A stretch of DNA of 64,000 nucleotides from the NCBI GenBank assembly GCA_964035545.1, contig OZ037765.1, forward strand, positions 5,838,698-5,902,697, written 5' to 3'. Within the stretch, counting starts at the first letter, position 1; the number at the start of each line of letters is the position of its first letter. The notes below the pieces were generated by a model. It was not told the origin of the DNA. It did not search any database and saw nothing but the letters and a program-made list of their open reading frames with translations. This DNA is from Bugula neritina (Eukaryota > Animalia > Bryozoa). The position numbers and the translations under genes are program-made. This document shows, piece after piece, positions 1 to 12,700 of this stretch.

Positions 1-234
1 TTAGTTCATCAAATATCTGATATCTATCTGTATAGCTCAGGCTGAAAATAAGGCTATCAACAACTCCATCAAGAGTTTCATGGCGTCCCCTGTGTACAAG
101 TTGTACTGTAAGCAGGGGAAATTGAAACATTAGATTGATGCTGAGATGTTTATCAGAAAGGAGCTGTGGTTGTCTCAATCGGGTCATGCAATTGACTTGT
201 GAAGCCTGGACTTATGTAGCAGGGCTCACATGAG

Positions 235-376
235 CGCTATGTAGACTATACACACATTAAAGCTCATTGAAGACTATATACACATTAGAGCTCATTGTAG
301 AATATATAAACATTAGAGCTTATTGTAGACTATATACATATTAGAGCTCATATTGTAAACTATATACACATTATAG
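235..376. repeat. 28-bp minisatellite, about 5 copies (TGTAGACTATATACACATTAGAGCTCAT-like)
   Basis: The GTAGAC/GAAGAC/GTAGAA motif recurs at 241, 269, 297, 325 and 355. Confidence 0.85.
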
Positions 377-763
377 TCTGTGCTGAAATGAAATTAAAAT
401 AGAAGCAGTCCCCAAGGGCAGTTTTTGGATGTGGGAAAACTAAATGTGTTTGAATTCACCCTAAATGCTTTTTTTCGAAGAAAAAAATTATCAAGTGCAA
501 AAATAGTATGTGGTGTAGTCAATTATGTTTGATGAGAAAGTTTGCCAATGGATTACAACATTTCCAATATCAAGTTAACGTAACATTGTATAGGACATCT
601 CAGTCGGCCATGTTGGGTTTAGAATGTTGTTGTAACATCTATTGTACAATTAGCTAAGTCATTCCTATCAGTTACTTCTATAGGTATCCTAATACTGGCA
701 GTACTGATTTTCTAATCCCAGTTGGTGTTGCGTTATAGTGTGGGTGAATTTGTTTTGTTTTAG

Positions 764-3700
764 AATCGATCACAATAAACACTGGACTGCTGGCATTGGG
801 TAATGTAATCAGTGCACTCGGCGATCCCAAGAAGAAGTCGTCTCACATACCTTACCGAGATTCTAAGATCACTCGGCTTCTGAAAGACTCTTTAGGAGGA
901 AATTCCAAGACTCTGATGATCTGTTGCATTAGCCCCGCTTCTAGTGATTTCGATGAAACCTTAAATGCCCTCAAATATGCTAACAGAGTATGTATTTCTG
1001 CGTTTGCATTTATTTTTGTGATGTAAGGTTTTTTATGAATGGAACTTATGAATGGAAAGCTTGGTGTGGCAAACTCTTGTAGGTCAAAGAATGCACCATG
1101 TTGCTCTGTGTTGGTATCCCATAATGCAATTCCTTTTAATTCAATTTCCTCTCTAGTGAGTTTGCTACAATAAAATAGCTTAAATGCACAGAGTATTTGA
1201 TTATAAACATTAATTTTGCTAATTTTAGGGTCATTGATGTTAATATGCAACTTTTCTCAAGGGATTGAAATTTCAGTATTTTTGTATTTCAAAGGAGCTT
1301 CTAGTTAATTGCCTCTAGGTTTTTATTTTAACTTTATATTTCCCATATAAATTAATTTTTTTATGATGTTTATGTTGAAATTTGTAATCTACATAATACT
1401 TTCTTAGTAAGTGAGATTATTGTAGGCAAGGAACATCAGGAACAAGCCTGTAGTCAATCGCGATATTCAATCTATAAACATGGAGGAAATGCAGAATGAA
1501 ATCCAGGTGAATTCAAATAGCTTCGAAAATATTTTATTACTTTTTTGTGAGTTGCCATGTTCCAATTTGTAATGTAAATGATGGCATAATTATATTTTTT
1601 TCATAATATTGCTTCCTGGGGACATCAAGAATGTGTCAGTTTAAAACAAAGTAGTTTCTGATAAAAACATTTCCGGAAATGTTGATTAATTATAAACCCA
1701 TTGAGTGTGTGAAACCATATAATACAGAGCTTCCTGAAGGTACATTAGCTTTTTATTGTCTGTAAAATATAATACTTTGTTTGAAACTTAGGAATTTAAA
1801 ATTCTTAAAATATTGTTAAAGCAATATGGTCATTTCCTAGAGTTAGAAGATTTGACGTAAGTTGTTAACAGTTGCCATTGATGATATTGATTAGCCCTTT
1901 GTTTGGTCAGCTCATTCTCAGGATTATTAACTTTTTATCTTATGCCTCTTTTAAAATTTAAAGTTTAATAGCCGTTCAATCACACTAGCTTTTTAATTTA
2001 TTGATCAATTTGGACAAAGAAAAGTAAATGAATCATGTATATCGTTGAACAAATTGATATTATTCCGGGACACATTTAGCTTTTTTCTAACCTACTACTA
2101 TTATGTATCATTAAAAAGCCAGAGATATGCTGCTCATTTTAACCCAAATCTAGTAAAAGCATCTTCTGGAATGTAGGAAAATAAAAGTTATTGTTAGTCA
2201 AGTCATTGGTTAATTTTACATAATAATTTTTTAGGATAAATTTTCACTCTTGTATTATATATTTTATTTGTTGTTTTTCTACATTTTAAAATACAGACTT
2301 CTTCTGTACAAAGTACTTTTTCTATGTATATTTCAAGCTTCCTTATGGTACAATGGCTGAAGTCATTCATAATTAAATGTTTGTAAGGTATCCCTTACAT
2401 TGCATAAGCTTGATTTTGAAATCAAAATAAACTTACACACTCATAGATGTATATACGTTGGTGTCCAAAATATTTGTAAAAGATAAGGCACCTTCCTTTG
2501 TTTCACGTATTTCAACAGCTTGTTTGGACCAATAGAATAACAGATAAATCGAGATTCAATTTTTACTGATATTTATGACTACTATCTTAGATTATTTGTT
2601 GTGTAAATTCAGTATGGCTGTAATATTTGTTTAATGTTTGCTCATACTTGTGAGTTTCCTAAGGTGACATCTCATTTGATAGTAGGGTAGTCTTAAAACT
2701 CCCTTGCTCTTGTGAAATACAAACTTTTACTTCCTGTTTATGTTGTATTCCCTAAACGAGATGAATGTGTTATCACAGTTTCTTCTCAGTCTCTTCTATA
2801 TTATGTTCAGATAAAGGTGGTACTGTAGTGACCATAAATGTTTTTTCTCCTAAAATTTAAGTAAAGATATGTATATACAGATTTTGTTAAAGCTATTGAA
2901 TAGAAGTTAACATTCAGTAGACTTGTAGCAAATGGTGACATTATAGATATAATTTGACATTCAAAATCATTACAAAGTAACAGTCGTTCTGTAATTCAAT
3001 TCACACGTGTTTTGAGTTGTAACTGCAGGGTTTTAAATTACAACTCAAGTGTTTTGAGTCATAACTCAAGTCCAATGTGACTCCCCAAGTTTCTTAATAT
3101 GTCGAGTTTGTTTACCCAGGCCCTGCGGAGAGAGCTGGAAATCAAAGACTCCATGTTGCGAGAAGACACAAGTCTTTCTGCCCGGACTGCCATGGAGTCA
3201 CAAATGGCGATTACTATGCAAGACAGAGATGATAAAATTATTAGGTTGGTACTTGGTTTCTTGAATTTTTTTTAATAATAATGATGTTGACTAAAAACCA
3301 CATTTTGTGGAAGTAAACCACATGTTTTTTGAAATTTTCTCTGTAATGCATGCGAAACATTTAAAATAATAGAGTTGATATTTGGGGATATAAATAGTGT
3401 ATGCAGTATAAGTAAATTTGCTTGTTGGTGAACATGCTATATTTGCGTCAATGTGAAAGCTGATATATTTTTGGCTCTTCGAGTATATGACAAGTTTCCT
3501 AGAAAGTTTTTTTCAACTACTAACTAAACATGTTAGTCAAAAATGATTAAAATAGTATTCTTTGAAAATTATTCCAATCATTTAATTTTGACAAATAGTT
3601 TCCTATTACCATTCTTTTTATAGCTGAAGCTTACAGCTTTGCTTACAAAATTGCATATTATGTAATATTATATTAAATACAAACTATCACAATTATGAGA

Positions 3701-6700
3701 GATATGTTTAAAAAATTATATCCATTTTAATGTAGTTTACAGAGGACATGTGACAACTATCTCCACCTACTGAACGTAGCAGCTGAAAATATGAGTAGAA
3801 TTGAGAGCAAAGAAATACTTAAAACCAGCATCAAGTCATCTATACAGGAGTGGATGAATCACTGGCACAAAGTTAGTATGATAGTATTATATTACTAATA
3901 TAGGTACAGTATATAGTGAGTATATTACTAAGTACAGTATATAGTGAGGATATTACTAAGCTCAGTATACAGTGAGTATATTACTAAGTTGAGTATATAG
4001 TGAGTATATTACTAAGTAGAGTATATAGTGAGTATATTACTAAGTAGAGTATATAGTGAGTATATTACTAAGTACAGTATATAGTGTGTATATTACTAAG
4101 TAGAGTATATAGTGAGTATATTACTAAGTACAGTATATAGTGAGTATATTACTAATATAAGTACAGTATATAGTGAGTATATTACTAAGTAGAGTATATA
4201 GTGAGTATATTACTAAGTTGAGTATATAGTGAGTATATTACTAAGTAGAGTATATAGTGAGTATATTACTAATATAAGTACAGTATATAGTGAGTATATT
4301 ACTAAGTAGAGTATATAGTGAGTATATTACTAAGTACAGTATATAGTGAGTATATTACTAAGTAGAGTATATAGTGAGTATATTACTAAGTACAGTATAT
4401 AGTGAGTATATTACTAAGTACAGTATATAGTGAGTATATTACTAAGTACAGTATACAGTGAGTATATTACTAAGTACAGTATATAGTGAGTATATTACTA
4501 AGTACAGTATATAGTGAGTATATTACTAAGTACAGTATATAGTGAGTATATTACGTATAAACTCAGCATATAGTTTATATGTAAATGTTATTATAATAAA
4601 TCTATGCAGCTGGGTGCTTGGAATTTTCCTAGTTGTTTACAAGAGTATAATATTTTTCTGAATAAGCTGGAATGGATGAACGAAAGAGTAGGTATCATGT
4701 AGCAACTATTGTTATGAGTTCAACAATATCATGTAGTATGTTATGTTCTGTGCTGGAATCGGTACTAGAGTAAAGTTAGAATGGAAAATAAAACAAAAAA
4801 AAGAAGAAATATGAGGAATATAGCAAAAAAGTTATGTTCTTGTGAGAATTTCAACCCTCCCCTCCCCCGTCCCAAACCGAAGCTCGATAAGAGATTTAAA
4901 GAACTTAGGCTATGAAATTTCTCAATTACAGCACCTTAATGAAAAGCAAGTGGTGAACAGAAAGAATAGATATTTATTTGTTAGGTTGTATTTCATTCAT
5001 GAACTATGATGTAACTACGTCTTTAGTACCACTCCAGTAATGCTCCATCCACTCTTTCATTCTCTCAGAACAATAAAAGCAACTTTTTGTGCAGGGTGTG
5101 CAGTTATGCAAGGTTCAGCCTGATTTCATTACACATTATTTTCAACAGCAAATACATGTATTTCCTTCAGTTGGACGTGAACAGCACTGGGCTATTGGTT
5201 GTGTAAAGTGAGAACTCTTGCGCCATCTCCCCAGTCCGTAGCGAAAAGGGGGAAGTTGGGTGAATCGTAAGACTGGCTCAACTCTTCTCGAATTGAAATT
5301 GTTTAGCTGTACCTGCTTGTATATGCTTCAGAGTCTGAAAGTATATATTTCTAGGAACTTGTTTGGTCACTTGTGAAGAATCATGTTTCAAGAGAGTTAA
5401 TACTGTTTTTATTTTGAGTACTGATTTTATACGTGATGGCTGTTTTCTAACATATCGGTCGGTTACTTGGTTCATATTTATATTTTGTATTTTTCTGTAA
5501 CCAGACAGTCCAGGCTGTTTGACTAGTTATAAGACCTGCAGCCGCTCATGCACAGCTCCTTCCTATCATTTAGAATTCTCAGAGGAGTGCTTTAACCAAC
5601 GCCCACCCCCAGCGTTGTCTGATCATTTAGAAATCACATTCAATATTTTTGAGTTCGATTTTCTAAAAAACAAACATTGTTAACTATTACATATTTTGTG
5701 CTTCTAACTTTATTTCAAACCTTTATCATACAAGCAGCTCCCTAAATCATATTAATACTGAAATATGTTCCCCTAAAGTAAAAAATAATGCAAACAGCAT
5801 TAATTTTTAAAAACAATTCGTGATGTGATACTCAAGGGTCCTGTTAATTCTTTCCATTAGGGCTGTGAGTCTGCTGATTTATGAGCGATCCTCACCAGCA
5901 GCTTTATAATCACGTGTTTCACCTGCCATTATCCTGCCTAGCTTAACCTCACACACAGTGTAATGAAAGAAGGCTCTCCCACAAACTGGCTGAACTGCTT
6001 TTTATTTACGACGTTTCACTTTAAATGGGCAAAAATTTAAAATGGGATAAGCATACATTTTAAAAAACTTTAGTTTCACTCATAGAATTTATGTAATTTT
6101 GAAAGAACTGTCAAATTTAAAAAATGATTTTGTAGTAGAATACTGTAAATTAGAGATAGATTGGAATGAGATTGTAAGCAATCTTGTAAATCTCTCTCTT
6201 GTGTGGTTGCCGATGCTTCACACACATTAGCCGTTGTTAGATCAGACACTCTTACTCTATTTCGTATCATCAATGACTCATATACGTGATCAAATTGCTC
6301 ATCTTCAGTAGATTATGCATCTGATTATGTGATTATGACTAAGTTTGTAATGAGTGACTAGATTTTCAGTGAGTAAGTATATTATGAGCAAGCCAATGCA
6401 AGAGTTGAAAAGTTGATCTTTAGAGTTTATTGATCCTAACTGTTCCTCTTTTTCTAATGCAAGTTTGTTGACTCTGCTTGGGGCATTGGAAACTTTGTAA
6501 CTGGTGCTGATCTTATTCTTATCCTGCTGCTAATTATATCGCAGAAGACTGTTGCTATAGCGACAGCTATATGCTTCATATAGCCACTACAATGCAGGGC
6601 TGGTCATTTCCTCTCCATAAAAATATGCCACCAATAGACCCGATCCGTAGAATGGGCGTTGAGGATTTTGTGCTGTATTGTTGTATTTTGCGTAGTTTCT

Positions 6701-9700
6701 GGTTTACGCTGTCACAGGAACTGCTAATGCTCATTTCAATGCAATGCTCAGCTTGTCAATATTGTCCTATATCTATTTCAGTGTTATATTCTCTCTAGAG
6801 ATAAATACAGAGTTTTCTAGCTGAGAGAATATAATATTGCTGAAAAATCAAACAGCAAAATACTCCAACACTTTGTTTTACTTTCTAGTTTAAATTTTAT
6901 ATTAGTTTTTTCCTTTTAAGTATTTAATTTTGATTAAAAACATTAAAAACGTAATATGTAATAAATGTGCTTTTGCAGTTGGTGGACTTGCTAGAAGCTA
7001 CACAACTACACTGTAACTGAATTGCCGTAACAGATGTTAACAAGAGGCCTATGATATAAAGATCATGTTCCCATACATGTAATTGTTGTAGCTTTGTTTA
7101 TACGGCTAAGCTTTGTAAATAATACAGTCTCTTTATATCTTACAGCTAAAAATGTCAACTGTATTACCTGCAATAGGAGAAGACAATGCAACTATATCTC
7201 AATTAAAACAAGAAATTGTAAAGGTATGAAATTTCTTCCATCTTATCATATTTTCTATCTCCGCAGCTGGTCTTAACAAAAAAGCTAGCTTCATTGAAAG
7301 GCTTTGAGTTTGTGATTTTCATTGTCATGCAGGTGCTGTAAGATTAGTTGGAGGTTAATTGAGCTTCGAACATCAATTTCACAGTATGTTTGTATTACGC
7401 AATATTCCAAACATACTTTTTCATCCTACAGTACACGGAGATGCTCAAGAATGACGAGGATATATTTGCAGAAAAATCAAAACTGATATCGGAGTTAAGA
7501 AAAGAGAATTCTCAGATGGTAATGTTTAACCTATGGTCCCTGCACATGCCCATTCATACTTCCTGCTTCTTGTTTTCACAACTCAAACATGCTCAGAGCT
7601 TCCTAACACTCTTATATATGCATTTTCAGGTTATGGTGTTCAAGACTGAAAAATTTATAGATTCTGTTGGGGTTAAAATTTTATTTTGGTTTCTTTGGTA
7701 TTCTATTAAATTACTTTTTAGTGTTGATGATATAAATATATGTTTATGGATTTTTCTTAAAGATCATATTTTCATTTTCAAACTCATTTTAAAATTTAAT
7801 GCGTAGAACCAAATAAGAAAAACTGGGCTTGTGTATGAATTTCCAGTTTCATGTGCTGAAGTATATTAATAAGTTACTCGATTCTAGAAATCAGAGCATC
7901 GAGGCATCAACTCTGAGTTTGAGGAGATAAGCAGACGATGTCAGCAACTGGAAGAGGTTCTCTTGCAGCAGCAGCTAGCCATAGATCAGATGGGCGCTCA
8001 CGGGGACGGGTTGCATGACTCCGCAGGAAGTGGCCATTTTGTGACTTCTAGAAGAGCCAAGTCTGTGCCCCTCCACGGTGACAGACTAGGGGAACCCCTG
8101 GTATACAATCATATACTCTGTGACTAGTCTTTGGGTCATGTGACTTAATGTCCTTTGCAGTTTAAACTTCCTTTTACCGTCTTCAAAGCTGTTTACCAGC
8201 AAGAGATAGGAATATTATAACCTTATGTCAATGTGTTGAATCTCAAAATTTTTTTGTTTTCGTTTGTTTACTAACACATTTATGAAAGTTTCCTGTGTGT
8301 AAAGATTGTTCGTGCCCAAATTTATTATAATGTTAGATTTGCTGTAATTTATAGCTTTTGTATGTACCTAATAAAATTTAAGGTTGTATTTTCAATATTG
8401 TTATGCAGTGTTTGACATGCATCGTCTTAATGTATTATAGTAGCATAACGCTATACCTTTTTATTTGAATGAAAGGTTTTGCTAGGAATTGCATGCTATA
8501 ACACTATTATCCTGATAGCACATTTCTATGTAGAGTAAATAATATGGTTTAGGAAAGGCCTGTACACACAAGTCCCGCTCTATTCACACTGGAGAGATAC
8601 TTGCAAGGATTCAGGGCCAGGTCACAGCTGCTGGTGGAAAGACTGGATGACGAAGATGAAGTGTTACACCAGCCATTTCCTGTCGCCGATGCAGAGGCAG
8701 CGGCAGATCTAGGAGAAGACAACTTCACTGGCCTTTGGTGTGTAAACATAATATAGATGTTCTTAAACTCATTGAAAATTAATAGTGTCTATAAAAGCAA
8801 TGTAAATTAACATATATGTTTTCTCATATCGCACTGAGCTTTGTTCAACGATTGTAAAAGAAAGCAATAACAAGCCACCTTTATATATCTAAGGACGCTA
8901 TAGCCGTATGTTGTAGTAGTAAAGTAAAATGCTGTCTGCTATTTTGGTTACACTGGTGCATATTTTAGTAATACTAACTTGGCAAAGGAGGTGGCACCAT
9001 CCAAATCTCGGAAAAGAACTTTGTCGTTTGGTCAGGTGATGATTAGACAGGCATCTGAAGGTCAGTTGAATGTGAACATAGCAAGATATTCAACTTGTCA
9101 TCTTTTTAACTCTATAAAGCTTATAAATAGCGTACACGTAGCTGAAGAAGGTGAATATAAAGTGCTTTGAGATTCAAAAGACACTTGATTATGTAATTTT
9201 GTTGAATTCAAAGCTAGTAGGAAACATATTCTCTGACTGTTAGAAACGTAAAATGATAAAAGCACTGATTGTTCAGTAAACCTGTTGATAAAGTATCCAG
9301 TTTTCTTATAATATGTTTATGAAGCATGAATTTTATTCTCTTTTACAGATGACAATGAATATGGTGAACCGACCGAAGTTAAACTCAGCATGGACAAACA
9401 CCAAAAAGAGATACGACAAGCTAAATTGAAATCACAGGAGTTTAACAGTCGTCTGCGTGACCTCACTATTCTGATACGGTAGGTTGTCGTGTTACTTTGT
9501 AATTGCAATCTTAGCAAACACTTAGTTTGGAAATTAATTTGTTGTACAAAATTTATGCTGAGAGTTATTCTATTTACTTAATATGTAATATACTGGTCAC
9601 CTTTGAGAATCTGTCTAAAGTTCTTCACAAGATATAGGCTTACCTTTCATCCAATCAGTGCAAAATGTTCAAATGATACAACACACAATAACATAGTATA

Positions 9701-12700
9701 TTATTACATAAAAAATGGAAGTTTCTATTATAGAATATTGACATGTCATGGAATGTAATGTAATGCAAATAAGTCATCAGTGTATATTTGGCAGCTCTCC
9801 CACACACTACCATCATCCAATCACTGCGGTTGGCTAGTATATGACGTGCTGCTCTGACGCAGTCTCAGAACCAAACAATAGAATTTTTGTCAAATCATTG
9901 AAAAGTGTTTTTAGTGTATTATTAAATGTTGCACTAAGAGTAATTATTGGTAAAACTGTCAAAAAACATGCAGTGAAATTAGACAGCTTTTTATAATCAG
10001 GTTTTATCAGTGTCATTTTACTTTTCTGGAACAACAAAAGAAATCTGAGGAATACAATGTCATTATGTAATAACAACCTTACATTGTGGCATGCGATGTT
10101 TGCTCATGAATAGAAGTATAATAGCTTCATGTAGGTTATTTTCTGGGTCTTTTTTTACTAGTTATTAAAATTGCCTTTTGTGTCTTGATTCAATATTAAC
10201 TTTTCATTATGAGAAAGATTTTCGATGTTTTCATGCACGAGTATATTTTCTAGTTCACTATTTTTTGCATATAGTATACACTGCATATAATGGAAACAGT
10301 AGCTGTTATTTAAAGTATAGCAGGATTGCTTCGATTTCACGTTTAATTAACATTTTGTCCCGATTTCATGTTTGAATCACATAAAAGTCATGAATAATTT
10401 TAAAAAAGACAGCAAAATTTCTTTTGAGGAAAAAATTGTCTGTAGCCTGGTAAACAATCTGAACTTTTTCAAAGACTATGGCCAATACTATCTGCATCAG
10501 ACAGTCGCCTTCTTTTTGAAGTTTAGTTTACAATTTTCTCGGTACGTTTTGTAGGATGAAAGAGCAACTTATTAGACAGCTCGTCAAAAATGAGAAGGAC
10601 TCTGCTATCATTGCTAAACAGCACAAAGATAAAATTGCCCAGATGGAGGAGGTAATTTCTTAAAATAAATCATCATTGTTTCTTTTTCATACTACAAGTG
10701 CCGATATGATTTAGATATACAGAGTTTGTTCTATCATAGAAGGAGATGAGTTTATGGATCGTCAATTTTATAAACTCTGCGCTCTGATGTTTGTTTGTAG
10801 GAAAAAGTTAAAACTAATAGAGAGTTGCAAGATTTGCAGAAAGAATTGCAGAGGTTAGAAGCGAAGGAGAAAATGGAAATTGGTAGCAAACGTAAACTGC
10901 AAGGGTGAGTTTGTATCTAAAAGATATCTTTTTGAATTTCTACTTTTGAATCTCAAGATCTTTACCTGTTTTGTGTTTTTATTTATTTATATATTTCCTT
11001 ACTCAAATCAAAACATGATGTTTTTTACGAAACATTGTTTTTGTTAACTACCATAACTTTATAATATATTTTTAATGAGCTAGTGTAAGTTTTATATGTG
11101 TAAGTGTTGTATGTGTAAATAATAAGCAATGTAGTGTGTATACATGTTGGGGATTATGTTGTTCAGAGAGTACAAAAGAAAAATAGACTCAGCTAAACGA
11201 CGATTGACCAACATACAGACAAAACAAAAAGAAACGGTTATGCTGGCAACAATGTCAGAGCGAAATGACGAAAAGATTTCCGATCTTAATCTTGCGGTAG
11301 CTAAGATGAGGCAGTAGCAAGAAGAGCTCCAAAAGAAATTGAAACAGGAACACGATAAAAAAGAAAAACTCGAGGTTTTATATAGTTATGACCTTGACAC
11401 TTTGCTTATGAGTCTTGAGTCTTTAGTTGAAGGAAGCAATTTGCTTGTACTGCAAAAGTCTATAAATATCTCAACAACTCTGACAATCTTCAACCCTGTT
11501 GTTACGAACTCCAGTCATGACAAAATCAAATGGTTTTTTATAATTCAAAACTTAAAAATCATGTTTTTAAAAATAGAATATTACTCAATTTCTTGTCTTT
11601 TATAGAAGGAAATGACCAAAGAACGGAATAAAGTGAGAGAATTAGAAGACAAAACTGAACAGCAACAAAAAGTATTGAAGATAAAAACCGAAGAAGTAGC
11701 AGCAGCAAACAGGAAATTAAGGAGAGGCAATGGCAGCAGGTGTGTGATGTGTCATTAAAATATAAGATATAGTGTCACACTGTGTCAGGTGTGTGATGTG
11801 TCACTAAAATATAAGATATAGTGTCACTCTGTGTCAGGTGTGTGATGTGTCACTAAAGTATAAGATGTAGTGTCACAGTGTGACAGGTGTGTCATGTGTA
11901 ACTAAAGTATAAGATATAGTGTCACTCTGTGGCAGGTGTGCGATGTGTCACTGAAGTATAAAATATAGGGATGCATTCAGCTATTAACTTATATTTTTTC
12001 GAAATTTGCAAACAAATTCTTGCATTTTAAAAACCTTTTCTGAAATGAACAGTTGTTTATCCTAGTTATTGCACAAGTAAATATGTATATTTGTATACAC
12101 ACCTGTCTTTTTTAAAAAAATTCTATCTAACTGTTGTTAAATACTAGCAAAAACAATAAGCAGATATTTTTTAGGCACAATTAGAATCTTGTAAATATTT
12201 TTTATCTTATTTTATAATCTATAGTAGTTGGAACAAGATCATTAGCATAGTACGCTTGGTTGAGACATTTTATTGTAGTAACAAATGTTTATCGCACATG
12301 ACAGCATTAATGCCTGCTGCTCTAATAGAGTCACATGACAGTAATAACGCCTGCTGTTGTGCTGGTAGAGCAGCTGTAGTGAACTTGTATTGAATTATTT
12401 AGCTCAGTGCTTGGTGACAAGGAGTTTGATGATCCTAAATTAGCCGAACAAAAACAATGGCTGGATGCGGAAATGGACAAAATTCTGGAGCAGAGAAAAC
12501 AAATGGAAATTCTAGACAAGGTATTCACCTCTTCCTACTGTTTATATTCTTTGTGTTTTGTTGAAGAGAATGATTCTGGAACGGATATGATATTTACATA
12601 ATCAGCAAGTGTGCTCGTGGATATAAGAGAATTTGCCGTTATGTTGGTTGTATGTATTTTTCCATCTAATTTGGCATTGACCGTGTCTCACCTTGCTGCC

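Noticed and set aside
3880-4555. 28-bp repeat array as a CRISPR
   Set aside because: The units are head-to-tail with no unique spacers, sit in a eukaryotic intron, and there are no cas genes.
11315-11317. Internal TAG as evidence of a variant genetic code (UAR=Gln) or selenocysteine
   Set aside because: It is the only internal stop I found in about 85 exons; TAA terminates several genes normally; selenocysteine needs UGA.
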